From Chloroflexia bacterium (GTDB lineage: Bacteria > Chloroflexota > Chloroflexia > DTKN01), in contig DAOUAK010000038.1 in NCBI GenBank assembly GCA_034433695.1, forward strand, positions 2,758 to 66,757: a stretch of DNA of 64,000 nt, read 5' to 3'. The translations under genes and the position numbers were made by a program. The notes beneath the pieces are model-generated. The model had not been told where the DNA came from and searched no databases. It saw only the letters and a program-made list of their open reading frames with translations. Below, piece by piece: positions 32,998 to 41,980 of this stretch (position 1 is the first letter of the stretch; every line of letters begins with the position of its first letter).

Positions 32998-33726
32998 ATG
33001 GAACGAAAACTGAGCATCTCCGCCTTCTTCCCCTGTTACAACGATGGGGGCACGATTGCCAGTATGGTGCTGAGCGCCCTGGTGACGCTCCGCCAGATCA
33101 CCGATGATTACGAGGTCATCGTCGTGGACGATGCCGGAAAGGACTATGCCCTGCTCATCCTGGAGGAATTGGAGCGCATCTATCCGGGGGAGGTGCGCGT
33201 CATCCGCCACGAGAAAAATCGGGGCTATGGTGGGGCGCTACGCAGCGGCTTTGCCGCCGCCACCAAGGAGTGGGTCTTTTACACCGACGGGGACGCCCAG
33301 TACGACCCCCGTGAACTGAAGAATCTCGTGGCGGCCCTGGAGGAGGGGGTGGATGTGGTCAACGGCTACAAGATCGACCGCTCCGACCCCTTACTTCGCA
33401 AGATCATCGGACGCATCTACCACTACACGGCCAAGTTCCTCTTCGGCTTCCGGCTGCGCGATGTGGATTGCGATTTTCGCCTGATCCGCCGGAGCATCTT
33501 CGACCGCATCTCCCTGGAATCGAACCACGGGACGATCTGCCTGGAAATGGTCAAGAAGATGCAGGATGCCGGCTTTCGCTTTGTCGAGGTGCCGGTCCAC
33601 CACTACCACCGCGCCTACGGCCGCTCCCAATTCTTCAATTTTCCGAGGCTCTGGCGAACGGCCAAAGACCTGGCCCGGCTATGGTGGAAACTGGTGGTTC
33701 GCAAGGAACATCTGAGGCAGCGGTGA
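32998..33726 (+). CDS. Family 2 glycosyltransferase (second Dpm1-like paralog)
   Basis: SISAFFPCYNDGG...VIVVDDAGKD...TDGDAQYDP. The 32830 ORF extension overlaps the upstream gene and is rejected. Confidence 0.75.
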   Translation: MERKLSISAFFPCYNDGGTIASMVLSALVTLRQITDDYEVIVVDDAGKDYALLILEELERIYPGEVRVIRHEKNRGYGGALRSGFAAATKEWVFYTDGDAQYDPRELKNLVAALEEGVDVVNGYKIDRSDPLLRKIIGRIYHYTAKFLFGFRLRDVDCDFRLIRRSIFDRISLESNHGTICLEMVKKMQDAGFRFVEVPVHHYHRAYGRSQFFNFPRLWRTAKDLARLWWKLVVRKEHLRQR

Positions 33727-34937
33727 TGCGTGTTTTTATGTTATCCTGGGAATATCCCCCCTATGTGGTCGGAGGCCTGGGCAAGCATGTGATGGAACTG
33801 GCCCCGGCCCTGGCCGAGCAGGGGGTCGAGGTGCATCTCATCGTTCCCTGTCTGGCCGGTGGGCCTCTGGAGGAAGGCTGGCGAAACCTCCTTATCCATC
33901 GTGTGGGGATACCCTGGGGGTACGGCCAGGACTTCCCCGGCCTGGTCTCCGAAAACAATGGGCTTTTGCGCGAGCGGGCCGAGCGGCTGATGGAGGAGGT
34001 CGGCCGGCCCGACCTCCTGCACGCCCATGACTGGCTCGTGGCCCGGGCTTCCATCGAGTGCAAACATCGCCATCGCCTGCCCCTCATCGCCACCATCCAC
34101 GCCACCGAACGGGGACGAGGCCAGGGTACCCTCTCCGGAGAGACCTCGCAGACTATCCACAGCATCGAGTGGTGGCTCACCTACGAAGCCTGGCGGATCA
34201 TCTGCACCAGCCGCTATATGGCCCACCAGGGGCAGGAATACTTTGCCGTGCCGGCCGACAAACTCGATGTCATCCCCAACGGCGTGGACCCCAGCCGCTT
34301 CCAGGCCCTCGAGGGGGAAGACCTCCGTGCCTTTCGCCAGAACTATGCGGCCCCCGACGAAAAGATGGTCCTCTATGTCGGCCGAATCGTGGCCGAAAAG
34401 GGGGTGCCAGTGCTTATCGAGGCCGTTCCCCGGATCCTGGCGCGCTACGACAGGGCAAAATTCGTCATCGTCGGGACCGGACCGCTCCTGGAGCCCCTGC
34501 GCCGGCGGGCCGAGGAACTGGGCGTGGGCCGGCGCATCTATTTTGTCGGCTACGTCCCGGACTATACCCGCGACCGCCTCTTCAAGGTGGCCGACGTGGC
34601 CGTCTTCCCCAGCCTTTACGAGCCGTTCGGCATCGTTGCCCTGGAGGCGATGGCGGCCCGCACACCGGTGGTGGTAACCGAGACCGGAGGGCTGGCCGAG
34701 GTAGTGCGCCACGCCGAGACTGGCATCACCGTCTATCCGGGCGATCCCGATTCCCTGGCCTGGGGCATCCTGCATACCCTGGAGCACCCGGAGTGGGCCC
34801 GCCTGCGGGTGGAAAACGCCTACCGCGAGGTCCTGGAGCGCTACAACTGGACGACCCTCGCCCGGCAGACCATCGCGGTGTACGAGCGGGTCCGGGAGGA
34901 GTATGAGCGAAGTGGATGGGGGAAAGCCGAGCGATGA
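33726..34937 (+). CDS. Family 4 (GT-B, group 1) glycosyltransferase
   Basis: MRVFMLSWEYPPYVVGGLGKHV N-terminus and C-terminal EPFGIVALEAMAARTPVV motif. TGATG overlap with the upstream stop. Confidence 0.8.
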   Translation: MRVFMLSWEYPPYVVGGLGKHVMELAPALAEQGVEVHLIVPCLAGGPLEEGWRNLLIHRVGIPWGYGQDFPGLVSENNGLLRERAERLMEEVGRPDLLHAHDWLVARASIECKHRHRLPLIATIHATERGRGQGTLSGETSQTIHSIEWWLTYEAWRIICTSRYMAHQGQEYFAVPADKLDVIPNGVDPSRFQALEGEDLRAFRQNYAAPDEKMVLYVGRIVAEKGVPVLIEAVPRILARYDRAKFVIVGTGPLLEPLRRRAEELGVGRRIYFVGYVPDYTRDRLFKVADVAVFPSLYEPFGIVALEAMAARTPVVVTETGGLAEVVRHAETGITVYPGDPDSLAWGILHTLEHPEWARLRVENAYREVLERYNWTTLARQTIAVYERVREEYERSGWGKAER

Positions 34938-34947
34938 GAGGTGAAGG

Positions 34948-35661
34948 ATGATGCTAGCCGAGATGACCTGGAAAGAGGTAGCCGTCTATCTGGAAAACGA
35001 TGACCGCATCATCGTGCCGGTAGGAAGCACGGAACAGCACGGCCCACGGGCGGTCATCGGAACCGACTATCTGGTGCCGGCCGGAATCGCCCGCGAGGTC
35101 GGCCGGCGCAGCGGGGTGCTGGTGGCTCCGCCCCTCTGCTACGGCATGTCCCTTCACCACATGGCCTTCCCGGGGACGATTTCCCTGCGTCCCAGCACCC
35201 TCCTCCAGGTGACCTGTGACATCCTGGCTTCGCTGGCCCGCCACGGCTTTCGACGCATTCTCCTCCTGAACGGCCACGGCGGCAACACGCCGGCCCTGCT
35301 CGCCGGCATCGCCGAAGCTAACGACCTTCACCCCGAACTGGGGATCAAACTCCTCTCCTGGTGGGAACTTGCTGCCGTCAAGGCCGTCCTGGATGAGGCC
35401 TTTGGGGAAAAGGAGGACGGTCACGGCACGCCCGGGGAGACCTCGCTGGTGATGGCCCTTTGCCCGGGAATCGTCTCCGACCGGCCGGTTGAGGTCCGGC
35501 CGGTGGTGCGGCCGGCGGTTTGGCCCAACGCCCGGGTCTGGGCCGAGCACTACCCGGACGGCTCGGGCGGCGCGGACGTCAATCTGGCCTCAGAGGAGTG
35601 GGGGCGACGCCTCCTGGAGGCTGCCGTGGCCGCAGTGCTGGACGAACTGGAACGCTGGTAA
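34948..35661 (+). CDS. Creatininase-family amidohydrolase
   Basis: VPVGSTEQHGPRAVIGTDYLV and LNGHGGN motifs, typical of the creatinine amidohydrolase/ArfB/MftE family. Confidence 0.75.
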   Translation: MMLAEMTWKEVAVYLENDDRIIVPVGSTEQHGPRAVIGTDYLVPAGIAREVGRRSGVLVAPPLCYGMSLHHMAFPGTISLRPSTLLQVTCDILASLARHGFRRILLLNGHGGNTPALLAGIAEANDLHPELGIKLLSWWELAAVKAVLDEAFGEKEDGHGTPGETSLVMALCPGIVSDRPVEVRPVVRPAVWPNARVWAEHYPDGSGGADVNLASEEWGRRLLEAAVAAVLDELERW

Positions 35662-35671
35662 GGGGTGCCCG

Positions 35672-36946
35672 ATGGATGTACATGCCGTTCGCGCCGATTT
35701 TCCCATCCTCCAACGCACCGTCCACGGCAAGCCGCTCATCTACCTGGATAACGCGGCCACCACCCAGCGGCCGCGCCAGGTCCTGGAGACGCTGGTAACC
35801 TTCTACAGCCACTACAACGCCAACATCCACCGCTCTCCCCACCTTTTGGGCCAGGAAGCCACCCTGCTTTATGCGCAGGCCCACGAAAACGTGGCCCGCT
35901 TCATCGGGGCGGAGGACGAGGGGGAGGTGATCTTTGTCCGCAACACCACCGAAGCCGTCAACCTGGTGGCAAACTCGCTCCTGCGCCGCGAAAGCGGGCC
36001 GCTGCGGTTGCTGCCGGGCGATGAGGTGCTCATCACCGTCATGGAGCACCATTCCAACCTGGTGCCCTGGCAGGCCCTTTCCCAGGAGGCCGGCCTGACC
36101 TTGCGCGTGGTAGACATCCGGGAAGACGGCACCCTAGACCTGGCCGACCTGGAGGCCCAATTGGGGCCGCGCACCCGGCTGGTCTGCTGTGCCCACGTCT
36201 CCAACGTCCTGGGGACGATCAACCCGGTAGCGGAGATTGCCCGTCGGGTCCACGCATCCGGTGCCCTCCTTCTGGTGGATGGGGCGCAGTCGGTGCCCCA
36301 CATGCCGGTGAACGTGCGGGAACTGGAGTGCGACTTCCTGACCTTTTCCGGGCACAAGATGCTGGCCCCCTTCGGCATCGGCGTCCTCTACGGCCGGCGG
36401 GCCCTCCTAGAACGGATGGCTCCCTTCCTCTACGGCGGGGATATGATCGCCGATGTCACGCTGGAGCATTCCACCTGGAACGAGTTGCCCTGGAAGTTCG
36501 AGGCCGGAACGGCCAATGTGGCCGGCGGCATCGCCCTGGGCGGAGCCGTGGACCTCTGGAGCGGCCGGAAACTGGTGGGGGCCGTGGATTACCTCCAGGA
36601 GATCGGCATGGAGCAGGTCCAGGCTCACGAGCGGGAGTTGCTGGCCCAACTCCTGCAGGGACTCCAGGCTATCCCCCGCGTCCGCGTCTACGGCCCCCTG
36701 GAGCCGGAACGGCGGGGGGCAGCCGTCTCCTTCACGGTGGAGGGCAGCAACCCTCACCTGATCGCCCAGTTTCTGGACGACGAGGGCATCGCCGTGCGGG
36801 CCGGCGGCCATTGCGCCCACCCGTTGGCCCGGCGGTTGGGCGTGGCGGGAACGGTGCGCGTCAGCCCTTATATCTACAACACTTCCGAGGAAATCGAGCG
36901 CTTCCTGGATGTTCTGGAGGGAATTGTGAGGAGGCAGGCGCTGTGA
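35672..36946 (+). CDS. sufS: Cysteine desulfurase, SufS-like (class V aminotransferase)
   Basis: FPILQRTVHGKPLIYLDNAATTQ, PLP-Lys region FSGHKMLAPFGIGVLYGR and active-site RAGGHCA. Confidence 0.85.
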   Translation: MDVHAVRADFPILQRTVHGKPLIYLDNAATTQRPRQVLETLVTFYSHYNANIHRSPHLLGQEATLLYAQAHENVARFIGAEDEGEVIFVRNTTEAVNLVANSLLRRESGPLRLLPGDEVLITVMEHHSNLVPWQALSQEAGLTLRVVDIREDGTLDLADLEAQLGPRTRLVCCAHVSNVLGTINPVAEIARRVHASGALLLVDGAQSVPHMPVNVRELECDFLTFSGHKMLAPFGIGVLYGRRALLERMAPFLYGGDMIADVTLEHSTWNELPWKFEAGTANVAGGIALGGAVDLWSGRKLVGAVDYLQEIGMEQVQAHERELLAQLLQGLQAIPRVRVYGPLEPERRGAAVSFTVEGSNPHLIAQFLDDEGIAVRAGGHCAHPLARRLGVAGTVRVSPYIYNTSEEIERFLDVLEGIVRRQAL

Positions 36947-37332
36947 GTACCCGATATACCCCGACGCTGCTGGAGCACTTTACCCACCCCCGCCACGTAG
37001 GGATGCTGGAGGATGCCGACGCTTCCGGCCAGGGAGGGGGAGGACCGCTCTGTCCGGAGGATATGGCCTACGTCTGGATCAAGGTCCGCGAGGGCCGCAT
37101 CGTCGAAATCGGCCACAAGACGATGGGCTGCCCGGTCGCCATTGCCTCCAGCAGTCTGACCTGCTCCCTGGCCGAGGGCAAAACCCTGGAGGAGGCGCTC
37201 CAGATCACCCCGGAGGTGGTCATCGAGGCCCTGGGAGGCGTCCCGGAGCGCAAAGCCGATTCGGTGGTGGCTCCGGAAGCCCTGCGCCGGGCCATCGAAT
37301 CGTACCTGGCCTCCCATGTCTCGGGTGAATGA
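36943..37332 (+). CDS. sufU: SufU/NifU-like Fe-S cluster scaffold
   Basis: GTG start overlapping the sufS stop. LEHFTHPRHVG...CPEDMAYVWIKV...GCPVAIASSS matches the IscU/SufU three-Cys pattern. Confidence 0.75.
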   Translation: MSTRYTPTLLEHFTHPRHVGMLEDADASGQGGGGPLCPEDMAYVWIKVREGRIVEIGHKTMGCPVAIASSSLTCSLAEGKTLEEALQITPEVVIEALGGVPERKADSVVAPEALRRAIESYLASHVSGE

Positions 37333-37344
37333 ACCTCAAATCCT

Positions 37345-37367
37345 ATCGAGGGCCCAGGGCCCTCGAT
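37345..37367 (+). terminator. Perfect 10-bp GC-rich hairpin just after sufU (terminator candidate without a strong U-tract)
   Basis: ATCGAGGGCC-cag-GGCCCTCGAT, 13 nt downstream of the sufU stop. Confidence 0.35.
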
Positions 37368-37405
37368 CTTCGGGTGCCGCCCTCCAACTGTGTAACCTAT
37401 CACAT

Positions 37406-37434
37406 TTGACAAAGGGAAGACTTCGTGGTATAGT
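37406..37434 (+). promoter_or_regulatory. Near-consensus sigma70 promoter TTGACA-N17-TATAGT
   Basis: ttgaca aagggaagacttcgtgg tatagt. Lies ~285 nt upstream of the PRC-MgtE_N-CBS gene start, which leaves a long leader. Confidence 0.45.
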
Positions 37435-37441
37435 TTATTTA

Positions 37442-37719
37442 TCCCCGTTCGGCCTGGCCGGCGGGGTTGGAGGTTGCGTTTCGATGGACGAGGATTATCA
37501 ACGTAGTCGGGGACTGTGCGAGTCCGGGTGCGGGGCATCCGACCCGGGGGAGGTGGCTATGCCGATAGCCACCTGATCTTTTCCCCCGGTTCCCCCGCCT
37601 GAGGTCCCCCAGTCCCCTCCGAGATCGAAAGTACGCAAAACTTCAAAGCCATCTCATAGGATGTACAGGTGGAGTACCGGGTCCAGCCGTATGGGCCTGG
37701 GAACCACGGGAGGTGGACC
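37442..37719 (+). promoter_or_regulatory. Structured 5' leader with internal intrinsic-terminator-like hairpin (candidate riboswitch/attenuator)
   Basis: ~110 nt of GC-rich nested hairpins. Then GGTGGCTAT-gccg-ATAGCCACC followed by TGATCTTTT (37552..37582). The enclosing CCGGGGGA/TCCCCCGG arms can alternatively pair across the U-tract. Confidence 0.35.
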
Positions 37720-38976
37720 GTGCCGTATGTCAGCACGCTCCTGGGGAAGCCTGTTACCGACGTGGAAGGCAACCGCGTCGGCCGGCTGCAGGACCTCGTT
37801 GCCTCGCTCCGGGGTGCCATGCCCCATCCCATGATTGTGGCCCTGGCCGTCCGGAATCCCGAGGGCCTTCGCCTGGTCCCCATTTCTTCCGTGGCCGTCC
37901 TGATCGCTCCGGCCATTCCCCTCCGCCATCGCCTGCGGGATATTCCCTCTTACACCCCGGGCGAGCAGGAACTGTACCTGGCCCGCGATGTGCTCGATAA
38001 GCAGATCATTGATACCCGTGGAGCGCGCGTGGTGCGGGTCAACGACCTGGAACTGGCCCGGATCAACAACCACTTTTATGTGGCCAATGTAGACGTCGGT
38101 GGGCTGGGACTTTTGCGACGCCTGGGACTTGCAGGCCCGGTCGAGAAGATCGCCCGCTGCCTGAAGCGCCCGCTCCGATCCGTCAGCATCTCCTGGGACG
38201 CGGTCGAACTCCTCCCTGGCCAGAACTCGATGCGCCTGAAGGTGCCGGGGGAGAAACTGGCCGAACTGCACCCGGCCGACCTGGCCGAAATCATCAGCGA
38301 CCTCAGCCGCGTTGAGGGAAGCCGGTTGATCGAGACACTCGATGTCAAGACCCTGGCCGATACCCTGGAGGAGATCGAGCCGGACTTCCAGGCCAGCCTG
38401 ATCGAAGCCATGCCCGACGAGAAGGTGGCCGATGTGCTGGAGGAAATGGCCCCCGACGAGGCGGCGGACCTTCTGGCCGAACTGCCCCAGGAACGCAGCC
38501 GGGAACTCCTGGAACTGATGGAGGATGAGGAGGCCGAGGACGTTCGGAAACTGCTGGCCTATCCGGAGGACACGGCCGGCGGCATTATGAACACCGAGTT
38601 CGTCGCCATCCGCCCCAACCTGACGGCGGAGGAGGCCATCGCCGTCCTGCGGGAGACGGCCCACGAGGCCGAGACCATCTATTACGTGTACGTTACGGAT
38701 GAGGAGGGCCATCTCCTGGGGGTGTTCTCCCTGCAGGACCTGGTGCTGGCCCAGCCCAAGACGCCGGTAACCGACTTTATGCACCACCGCGTGGTCAACG
38801 TCCATCTGCGCGACAGCCAGGACAAGGTGGCCCAGATCGTGGCCAAGTACAATTTGCTGGCCGTACCGGTGGTGGACGATGAGGGTCGGATGCACGGCAT
38901 CGTCACCGCCGATGACGCCCTGGATAAGATCATTCCCACCGCCTGGAAGAAACGCCTGCCGAAGATGTGGGGGTAA
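37720..38976 (+). CDS. Soluble PRC-barrel (x2) + MgtE_N + tandem-CBS protein, with no MgtE membrane domain
   Basis: GTG start with GGGAGGTGG RBS. PRC-like LLGKPVTDVEGNRVGRLQDL. MgtE N-domain acidic helices (PDEKVADVLEEMAPDEAADLLAELP). Two CBS motifs. Ends before any TM region. Confidence 0.7.
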   Translation: MPYVSTLLGKPVTDVEGNRVGRLQDLVASLRGAMPHPMIVALAVRNPEGLRLVPISSVAVLIAPAIPLRHRLRDIPSYTPGEQELYLARDVLDKQIIDTRGARVVRVNDLELARINNHFYVANVDVGGLGLLRRLGLAGPVEKIARCLKRPLRSVSISWDAVELLPGQNSMRLKVPGEKLAELHPADLAEIISDLSRVEGSRLIETLDVKTLADTLEEIEPDFQASLIEAMPDEKVADVLEEMAPDEAADLLAELPQERSRELLELMEDEEAEDVRKLLAYPEDTAGGIMNTEFVAIRPNLTAEEAIAVLRETAHEAETIYYVYVTDEEGHLLGVFSLQDLVLAQPKTPVTDFMHHRVVNVHLRDSQDKVAQIVAKYNLLAVPVVDDEGRMHGIVTADDALDKIIPTAWKKRLPKMWG

Positions 38977-38978
38977 AG

Positions 38979-40235
38979 ATGACGTTCGGGCAACGTTTCA
39001 GGCCGTTCTGGGTACGCCTCCTGGCCTTCCTGTCGGTCATTGGGCCGGGCATCATCACCGCGAATGTGGATAACGATGCCGGCGGCATCACGACCTATTC
39101 CGTCGCCGGTGCCCACTATGGCTACGATCTGCTGTGGATGATGCCGCTGGTCGCGCTGGCCCTGATCGTGGTGCAGGAGATGAGTGCCCGGCTGGGAGTG
39201 GTCACCGGACGGGGGCTGGCCGCGCTGATTCGGGAGAACCTGGGGGCGCGCCTGACGGCGGTGGTCATCGGCATCCTGGTGCTGGCCAATCTGGCCAACA
39301 CGGTGAGCGAATTTGCCGGCATCGCCGCCGGCATGGAGATCTTCGGGGTCAGCAAGTACATTTCGGTGCCGCTGGCCGGCCTGGCGGTGTGGCTGCTCGT
39401 CATCCGGGGCAACTACCGTTCGGTGGAAAAGGTCTTCCTGGTGGCCAGCGGACTTTACCTTTGCTATGTGGCCTCGGGCCTCCTGGCCCGGCCCCGGTGG
39501 GAAGAGGTCCTCCACGCCCTTGTCCGGCCCTCCTTCCGCCTGGAGAGCGGCTTTATGACCATGGCCATCACCATCGTGGGAACGACAATCGCCCCCTGGA
39601 TGCAGTTCTACCAGCAGTCGGCCATCGCCGACAAGGGGTTGAAGCCGGCCGATTACCGTTACGAGCGGCTGGATGTGATCGTGGGCTCCCTCTTTGCCGT
39701 CTTTGTGGCGGCCTTTATCACCATTTCCTGCGCTGCCACCATCTACGGCCGCGCTCACATCGAGACGGCCCAGGACGCTGCCCGGGCGCTGGGTCCGCTG
39801 GCCGGCCCCTACGCTTCCACGCTCTTTGCCTTCGGCCTCCTCAATGCCTCGCTTTTTTCGGCAGCCATCTTGCCCCTCTCCACCGCCTATGTGGTCTGCG
39901 AAGCCTTCGGATGGGAATTGGGCCTGGGCCACCGGTGGAAGGAAGCCCCCATCTTCTTCGGGACTTTTACGGCCCTGATCGTCCTGGGAGGCGGGGTGGT
40001 CCTTTTGCCGATCCCTTCGCTGGTCCAGGCGATGATGTTCAGCCAGACCCTCAACGGCATCCTTCTGCCGCTCGTCCTGGTGGTGATGCTCCGCCTGGTC
40101 AACGACCGTCGCCTGATGGGCCATTTCGTCAATGGTCGGGTGCTCAATGCCTTCTCCTGGGCCTCGGCGGGATTGGTCATCCTGCTCACGGCCCTTCTGG
40201 TGCTCAGCCCCTTTCTGCCCGTTCCGGGCACTTGA
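38979..40235 (+). CDS. mntH: NRAMP-family divalent metal (Mn2+/Fe2+) transporter
   Basis: GPGIITANVDNDAGGITTYS and LLWMMPLVALALIVVQEMSARLGVVTG are NRAMP hallmarks. ~11 TM helices. Confidence 0.85.
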   Translation: MTFGQRFRPFWVRLLAFLSVIGPGIITANVDNDAGGITTYSVAGAHYGYDLLWMMPLVALALIVVQEMSARLGVVTGRGLAALIRENLGARLTAVVIGILVLANLANTVSEFAGIAAGMEIFGVSKYISVPLAGLAVWLLVIRGNYRSVEKVFLVASGLYLCYVASGLLARPRWEEVLHALVRPSFRLESGFMTMAITIVGTTIAPWMQFYQQSAIADKGLKPADYRYERLDVIVGSLFAVFVAAFITISCAATIYGRAHIETAQDAARALGPLAGPYASTLFAFGLLNASLFSAAILPLSTAYVVCEAFGWELGLGHRWKEAPIFFGTFTALIVLGGGVVLLPIPSLVQAMMFSQTLNGILLPLVLVVMLRLVNDRRLMGHFVNGRVLNAFSWASAGLVILLTALLVLSPFLPVPGT

Positions 40236-40249
40236 TTCGGAGGAGGAAG

Positions 40250-41968
40250 ATGGCCCGTCCTCGCCGTTTTGCGCCGTTCCTTCCCCCGGGCCCCCTCTTC
40301 GATGTGGGGGACCTGGCGGTGCTCGTCGCCCTGGCCGGCATCCTTTACCTGGGCGTGCGGGTAGCGATGGGCACGCCGGCGATCTTGCCGGGGCCGGAGA
40401 TTCGCCGGGAGGCCTGGGCCTTGCCCGTCTATGCCCTCTTCTCTCTGGGTCGGATGCTGGCGGCCTATATTCTCTCCCTGTCCTTCAGCCTCCTTTACGC
40501 CCGTATCGCCGCCCGGCGGGCGCTGGCCGGCCAGGTCATGCTTCCCCTCCTGGATGTATTGCAATCGGTGCCGATCCTTTCCTTCCTGCCGGTGGTGCTC
40601 CTCGGACTGTCGGCCGTCCTGCCTTCCGGTCTGGCGGCCGAACTGGCTGCCATCGTCCTCATCTTCACCAGCCAGGCCTGGAACCTGACCTTTTCCTTCT
40701 ACCAGGCCCTCCAGACCATCCCCAAGGAACTGGACGAAGCCGCCCGCACCTTTCGCCTGTCCGACTGGCTACGCTTTCGCCGACTGGAACTGCCCTTTGC
40801 CGCACCGGGCCTGATCTGGAACACCATCATGTCCTGGGCCGGCGGCTGGTTCTTCCTGATGGCCGCCGAATCCTACACAGTGGGAGAGCGGGACTTTCGC
40901 CTGCCCGGCCTGGGGGCCTACCTCCAGGAAGCCGCCCAGGCCGGAGACGTGCAGGCCCTTCTCCTGGGGGTAAGCGCCCTGGTCGTCCTGATCGTCCTCC
41001 TGGATCAACTGCTCTGGCGGCCGCTTTTGGCCTGGGGAGAACGCTTCCAACTGGAGATGGTCGAATCGCAAGAGCCGACCTCCTCCTGGCTCTATAGCCT
41101 CCTCCAGCGTTCACGTCTTCTTTCCGGACTCCAGCGCCGGCTGTTCCGGCCGCTCCTGGAATGGCTGGACATGCGTTTTTCCCGGCCGCCCCGGGAGATT
41201 GCGGAGGGGAATACGCCTTTACTGCGCCGGCTGGCCGTGTATACCCTGGGGGGTATCCTGGCCGGCGGCCTCCTCTATGGTGCCTTTTGGGCCGGCGGCT
41301 GGCTCCTTTCGTTGCCGGTAGCCACCTGGGGCGAGATCGCCCTGGGTACACTGGCTACTTTCCTGCGAGTCGCCGTGGCTATCGGCCTTTCCCTGCTCTG
41401 GACGGTGCCATTGGGCATCCTGATCGGCACCCGTCCTCGCCTGGCCGCCCTATTGCAGCCGGTGGTGCAAATTCTGGCTTCCGTCCCGGCCACGGCCCTC
41501 TTCCCCATCTTTCTCCTGCTCCTTTTGCGCCTGCCGGCCGGGTTACAAATTTCCTCCCTTCTCCTTCTGATGACCGGAAGCCAGTGGTACCTCCTCTTCA
41601 ATGTCATCGCCGGCGCCTCGGCCATCCCCCAGGACCTGGAATTCAGCACCAAACTCCTGGGAGTACACGGCTGGGGGCGATGGCGCATCCTCCTTCTGCC
41701 CGGCATCTTTCCCTACTTGGTGACCGGGATGATCACCGCCAGCGGCGGTGCCTGGAACGCCAGCATCGTCGCCGAATATGTGGTCTTTGGCGGGCAGAAG
41801 CAGAGCGTCACCGGCCTGGGGGGGCTGATCTCCCTGGCTACGGAAGAAGGAAACTATCCCCTCCTCCTGGCTGCGACGCTTACGATGATCGTTACCGTCG
41901 TGTTGCTCAACTGGCTCTTCTGGCGCCGGCTTTACCGCCGGGCCGAGGAACAGTATCGGATGGATTAG
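40250..41968 (+). CDS. ABC transporter permease with two tandem permease domains fused (NitT/TauT-like)
   Basis: ATG with GGAGGAGG RBS. 572 aa with two repeats of a ~6-TM binding-protein-dependent permease unit. The 39134 ORF N-terminal extension overlaps NRAMP and is rejected. Confidence 0.8.
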   Translation: MARPRRFAPFLPPGPLFDVGDLAVLVALAGILYLGVRVAMGTPAILPGPEIRREAWALPVYALFSLGRMLAAYILSLSFSLLYARIAARRALAGQVMLPLLDVLQSVPILSFLPVVLLGLSAVLPSGLAAELAAIVLIFTSQAWNLTFSFYQALQTIPKELDEAARTFRLSDWLRFRRLELPFAAPGLIWNTIMSWAGGWFFLMAAESYTVGERDFRLPGLGAYLQEAAQAGDVQALLLGVSALVVLIVLLDQLLWRPLLAWGERFQLEMVESQEPTSSWLYSLLQRSRLLSGLQRRLFRPLLEWLDMRFSRPPREIAEGNTPLLRRLAVYTLGGILAGGLLYGAFWAGGWLLSLPVATWGEIALGTLATFLRVAVAIGLSLLWTVPLGILIGTRPRLAALLQPVVQILASVPATALFPIFLLLLLRLPAGLQISSLLLLMTGSQWYLLFNVIAGASAIPQDLEFSTKLLGVHGWGRWRILLLPGIFPYLVTGMITASGGAWNASIVAEYVVFGGQKQSVTGLGGLISLATEEGNYPLLLAATLTMIVTVVLLNWLFWRRLYRRAEEQYRMD

Positions 41969-41980
41969 GGGAGGAAACCA

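Noticed and set aside
39134-40249. 5' extension of the fused-permease ORF overlapping the NRAMP gene in another frame
   Set aside because: NRAMP motifs are unambiguous in the other frame. A strong GGAGGAGG RBS and ATG at 40250 mark the true start.
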